From NCBI GenBank assembly GCA_023213395.1, contig CM041465.1, forward strand, positions 186,627,741-186,691,740: a stretch of DNA of 64,000 nucleotides, in the 5' to 3' direction. Made by a program: the position numbers and the translations under genes. Source of the stretch: Cycas panzhihuaensis (lineage: Eukaryota > Plantae > Cycadophyta). Under the pieces are notes generated by a model. It was not told the DNA's origin. It saw only the letters and a program-made list of their open reading frames with translations, and did not search any database. Positions 59,100 through 64,000 of the stretch are shown piece after piece (positions within the stretch are counted from its first letter, which is position 1; each line of letters starts with the position of its first letter).

Positions 59100-60930
59100 A
59101 TCAATATTTTAGAGGTCATAAAAATAGAGGTAAAGAAACTAACAACCATGATAAGATTCTTTCCTATAAAGTATTCTTTATTTTTTTATTAAAATTTTCA
59201 CTGTATATATAATCAATGTTTGTTATTTTTAAAGTTGGTTAAATTGTCTAAGAAGCCATATAATTATTTAGTGAAATCTTAAAGTATATAGGAAGACCTA
59301 TAAAGCTCTCCTTAAAAAAGAAGACTTATTAATAACCTTAAGGTTATTGAAGAAGTAGAAGAAGAACCTTTCTTCTATGATCAATAATCTCTAAAATGAA
59401 AATTTGTACTTAAGATGGCTCAACAAGAGGTAACTCATAGAGACATACTTCTCTAGATTCACAATAACCTTTTAAATCTATTGGATGAGTAATATGAAAT
59501 CCTTAATAAGTATTTAGAGGCATATCTAAAGTTCAAGAAGACTCTAACTATAATTACTAGAGAATTATCAAGTAGGTATTTAAAATAAAATATGGTAATA
59601 AGAAGACTTTAGCTATAAATACTAAAGAATTATTAAGTATTAGGAAAGGAAATAGGAAAGTACTACTAAAAACAAATACATAGAAGGTATTTTAATGGAA
59701 TGGTTTATAGATGGGCCCCTAAAACCAAACTCATGGTTATTCTTAAGGAGCCAACTATTCTCTAAGCAATAAAAAACCTTACTATTGATTTGGACATAGT
59801 AATAGATAGATGGGAAAGACTTCTTTTTCTTTTTTAACTAAACCTTAAAAGGGAGAATCCTCCACCATCACCTTAATAGATAGAAGGAAGTGCATAAGCC
59901 ATGATTAGAAAGCTAAATAATAAGGTGTAATATTAGAAGAAGTAAGCCAAAGGAAAGGAACCACAGAGCATCATTATATTGAAAAGGCCTAAAGAAGATC
60001 TAACTAATGCTTACTTAGAAGATGAATTCAATGCTAACTATTGATAAGCAAGACATATATGACAAAAATTTACCAGGCTATGCAATTATTCCTAATGATG
60101 CATCACCATCAAGCTATGGAATCTTTGGAGTTATAATGGTATCTTTTAATGATAATCAAGAACTAGAGTTTTCTCCCATTGATTTAGTAGTTATAGCGAG
60201 CTCTTAGGCTAATCAAGAAGGTTAATTTATTAGAGAATAAAAGGATACTACTATTGTTGTTATTGAGAAAATAGAGAAGGAAGTTAGAGGTAATATTCTT
60301 GTCAGAACTACTCAGATTACTATAATACCTATCACTAATAAAAATGTAAATCCATTTAACTAAAAAATAGAAGATGAGTATGACATCTTAAAGGAAATTA
60401 AGAGATATCCTACCAGATTGAGACTCTTATATGATATGAAGTTTCCTAAATAATGAGTTAGATTGATTAAAGTACCTTAAGAATAGAGAGAGCCTCATTT
60501 TATTGCTTAGATTTATGATAAGGTTTTTACTACTATGTTACCTTTGAAAAATAAAGATTCTCTATTTTATGTTTCATTAAATATTTATGATGATTTTATA
60601 TGTGCTTTAGGCCTTAAGGAATGAAACCCAATTAGCGGGTTACAACTCTAGATTCTAGAATAGTAGCCATAGTTGATAAGATCAAAGATTTGGTTATACC
60701 TCTTATTATTTATTCTAAAATTTTAACACCTATTACTGTGATGGTTATTAATATGCCACCCATATATGGTATGCTCCTTAGTAGGGAATGGATTTATAAT
60801 ATAAGAGTTATTCCTAATATAAGGATGGATAAAATTATATTCCCATTAAATATAGATCTTATTATTTTGTCAAGGAAGGAAAGATATATAAATCATGTAA
60901 GAGATAAAAGTGGTCCATCTACTACTCTTA
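59100..60930 (+). mobile_element. Degenerate non-chromovirus Ty3/gypsy gag-protease remnant
   Basis: FYVSLNIYD...IKDLVIPL...VINMPPIYGMLLSREWI (60565-60800) resembles a gypsy protease C-terminal region; upstream sequence is coding-like with many stops. Confidence 0.55.
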
Positions 60931-61040
60931 ATTTTGGTCCAAGTTACTTTTAAAATGTTATTTTAAAAAGCCTCTCAAAATACACTTAAAATTTTGATAA
61001 TTATATAAGCATATTTACATTATAATATTACTAAATATAT

Positions 61041-64000
61041 TGAATATTTTACAAGTGTTACATGGGTATAGGCATTACACTCGAGTCCCTTTATGGGGTT
61101 TGGGGGGCTAACAACCCCCCAAGCAAAGGTTTAGAAGCCCCTAAAAAATATTTCAGGTGTCTTATGAGGGTATTTTGTAACCCATAGTTTATATCCATTG
61201 TGTTGAAAAACCATAAGGTGATATCTTATAAATTTGTATCTATATATTCTTATGTAATGACACATATAAGAAGGTTAGATGATTCTTTTATGAGTCGATA
61301 AAAAGAGTTAAGATTTTTCTCTCTATAATTCTTCAGTTGTTACTTACATTAATAAAAGGTTCATGCTTATACTAAAATCTCTTGGTATGTTTTATTATAT
61401 ACTTGGTTTATTTATGTTATTTATTCTTTTTATGGTTTAGAGTTATGTTAATACATTGCTTTCACGATTATATTTTCTCTTCATTTGGTATCAGAGCTAA
61501 GAGTTTTAGTTATGTGAGAAGCCATTTGATGAGTGGGAGCCTTATCTAGTGAATTTAAGTGTAAAGATCATGGCAAACACTATGAAGATGGAGATTAAAA
61601 AATTTAATGGCAAAAACTTTAGGTTATAGAAGCTAAAGATGGAAGATATCCTCATCAAGAAGGATTAGTAAATTACTATAGCAAAAACAAAGCCTACAAA
61701 TATGGTTATTGAAGACTAAAAGAAGATTGATAAAAAAATAATTAGTTTAATAAGATTATACATTTTAGATACAATATTATTAACCGTTATCACAAAGTCT
61801 ACATCTGAAGATCTATAGAATAAGTTAGGATTTTGTATCAAACTAAGTCCCTAGTTAATAAGTCATTTCTTCAAAAAAAGATGTATGCACTCAGGATGAG
61901 TGATGGAGATGTAGTCTCACTATATTTAATACCATAGTAGGATAACTCATTTTAGTTTAGGTAATAATATTTAAGGAAGGTAAGTATATTATCCTGTTTT
62001 GTTTACTTCTTAATTTCTAGGATAATCTTGTGATAACGATTAGAAGCATAACTGTTAACACTCTAAAATTTGACAATATTATTACTACCCTACTATAAAA
62101 AAAGATAAGGCAAAAATCTTCTAAGAATTATTAAAAGAAGCATTAACAATGAGAGGTTGAATGTTAGATCGTGACTAATAAAAGCCTAAGAATAGATAGC
62201 CAAAATCTAGAGAGAAATCTAAATCTCTAGGTAAATTCCCTTTGGTATCCTAAAGATGTGGGAAGGTTGGCCATTTGAAGAGCTATTATTGAGACAAGGT
62301 TGAAAAGGAAAAGTCACATAAAACTACTTCTTCCACAATATCAATATGCTCCAATGAAGCTAATGGTAATGTTTATTTAGTAACCTTAGGTAAGTTATCA
62401 AATGTTTAGTCTTGGTTAATTGACTCTGGTACCTTGATTTATATTACTTCCCATAGAAAGTAGTTATCTTAATACAAAAATATTAATAGAGATGAAATAT
62501 TCCTTAGGGATCATTACTTATATAAAACTATGGGTCATGGAAGGGTGAAGGTTCAATTTAGAGATGGAAGGATAAAAAATATCCCTAATATAAATCATAT
62601 TCCTAGTTTAGCTTTGTGTTTATTGTTTACTAGTCAATTAGGTGATGTAGGAATAGAAACAACTTTTATTAAAGATAGTTATAGAATAGTTCAAAGAGCA
62701 TTGGTGTTAGTAATAGAGGTCCAATTTATAATGATATATAAGTTTGATATAAGTACAGTATATGCTAGTAGTTATAGTTTGACTATTACAAAAAGTAGCA
62801 ATAATGCAGGTAGGACTCAAGTATCATTTACTAGTAAAACTATATTGTGCCATTAAAGATTGGCCCACATTAGAGAGAAAGACCTCCATGATTTATTCTC
62901 TAAATGTATGGGAGAAGACATTTCTAGAATTAATGGCTCTTTTAATTTTGAGTTTTATGAGCATTATGTATATAGTAAATAAAATTAGGTTAGTTTTTCT
63001 TCAAGCTCAAAGAGAGTGAATGGTATTCTACAACTAGGGCATAATAATATTTTTAAACCTATTGATATACCCTCAGTAGGTAGGACCAAATACTTTATCT
63101 TATTTATAGATAATTTTTTGAGAAATATGTGGATATATTTTGTTAGGCAAAAATCTGAGGTCTTCAATAAATTCAAAGAATTTAAGGCCTTGGTCGATAA
63201 TCAAAGTGATAAGTGGATCAATATGCTAAGGACTGATAATGGAAGTGAGTTTTGCTTAAAGGAGTTTGAGCAATTCTATGAGCAGTATGGGATAGTAAGG
63301 CAAAAGACAACTCCCTATACACCATAACAAAATGGAGTTGCTAAAATTATGAATAGGACCTTACTGGAAAGAATGAAGAGTATACTCATTGCTACTAGTT
63401 TAGAGATGAAATTATAGGTTGAGGCTATGATGACTATAAGATACTTGATAAATAGATCATCAATGACTATCTTAGTATGAAAAACACATAAAGAAGTGTG
63501 GTCAAACAAGAATCCATCCCTTGGTCATCTTAGAGTTTTTAGTTATAAAGATTTTATGCATGTAACAGTAAAGAAATTAACCAAGTTATGAAAGGCCAAT
63601 TAGCATCTCATTTTAAGATGAAGGACCTTAGTGTTATATATTTTATTTTAGGCATTGAGATTAAAAAGAATAAGATAAATAAGAAGATTTAGCTTAACCA
63701 AAGGTGATACATTGAGATGATACTATAGTAGTTTGATTTATAGGATAGTAAATTAGTTAATATTCCTCTTCTTGTTGGTTTAAAATTATCATCTAAATAA
63801 TGCCTAAAGACTCACCAAGAAGTTGAAGACATGGCATTTATCCCTTATGCTAGTATAATTGTAGTTTGATATATATGATAATTTGCACTCGATTAGATAT
63901 TGCCCATGCAATGAGAGTAGTTAACAGGTATATATCAAACCTAAGTAGGGAGCATTAGGTGGCTATGAAAAAAAAAATTTAGGTATTTACAAGGTACATC
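61041..64000 (+). mobile_element. Degenerate Ty1/copia (Tork/Tnt1-like) element; runs off the window end
   Basis: LTR ~61041-61483 (start approximate). Perfect PBS tggtatcagagc 61486-61497. gag from 61570 (MANTMKMEIKKFNGKNFRL*KLKMEDIL). Protease WLIDSG at ~62413. INT LRTDNGSEFCLKEF (63016-63327). Late RT FKMKDL and PYASII after 63610. Confidence 0.9.

Overview
Very AT-rich plant nuclear DNA, probably a gymnosperm (inferred from the retroelement types and the gene). Most of the window is old, partly nested, heavily C->T-decayed retroelements: Ty1/copia, CRM-like Ty3/gypsy with a chromodomain, an L1-like LINE and several non-autonomous LTR elements. There is also a 3.8-kb compound (TA/CA/TG) microsatellite. 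The only intact host gene is a two-exon At1g01500-like gene (16644-18138, +). It lies in a CpG-retaining island whose promoter is rich in ABRE, G-box and RY motifs. The most interesting observations are: (1) related copia-type LTR termini are followed, about 35 bp in, by different sequences, including a captured PPR gene fragment (At5g02830-like) and a gag-only module; (2) a TSD-flanked gag-only element has a 3' LTR carrying an internal PBS; (3) a TSD-flanked copia lacks RT/RNase H; (4) a ~100-bp inversion lies inside a gag; (5) C->T decay is pervasive outside CpG context. All calls were made by eye, and boundaries marked ~ are approximate.
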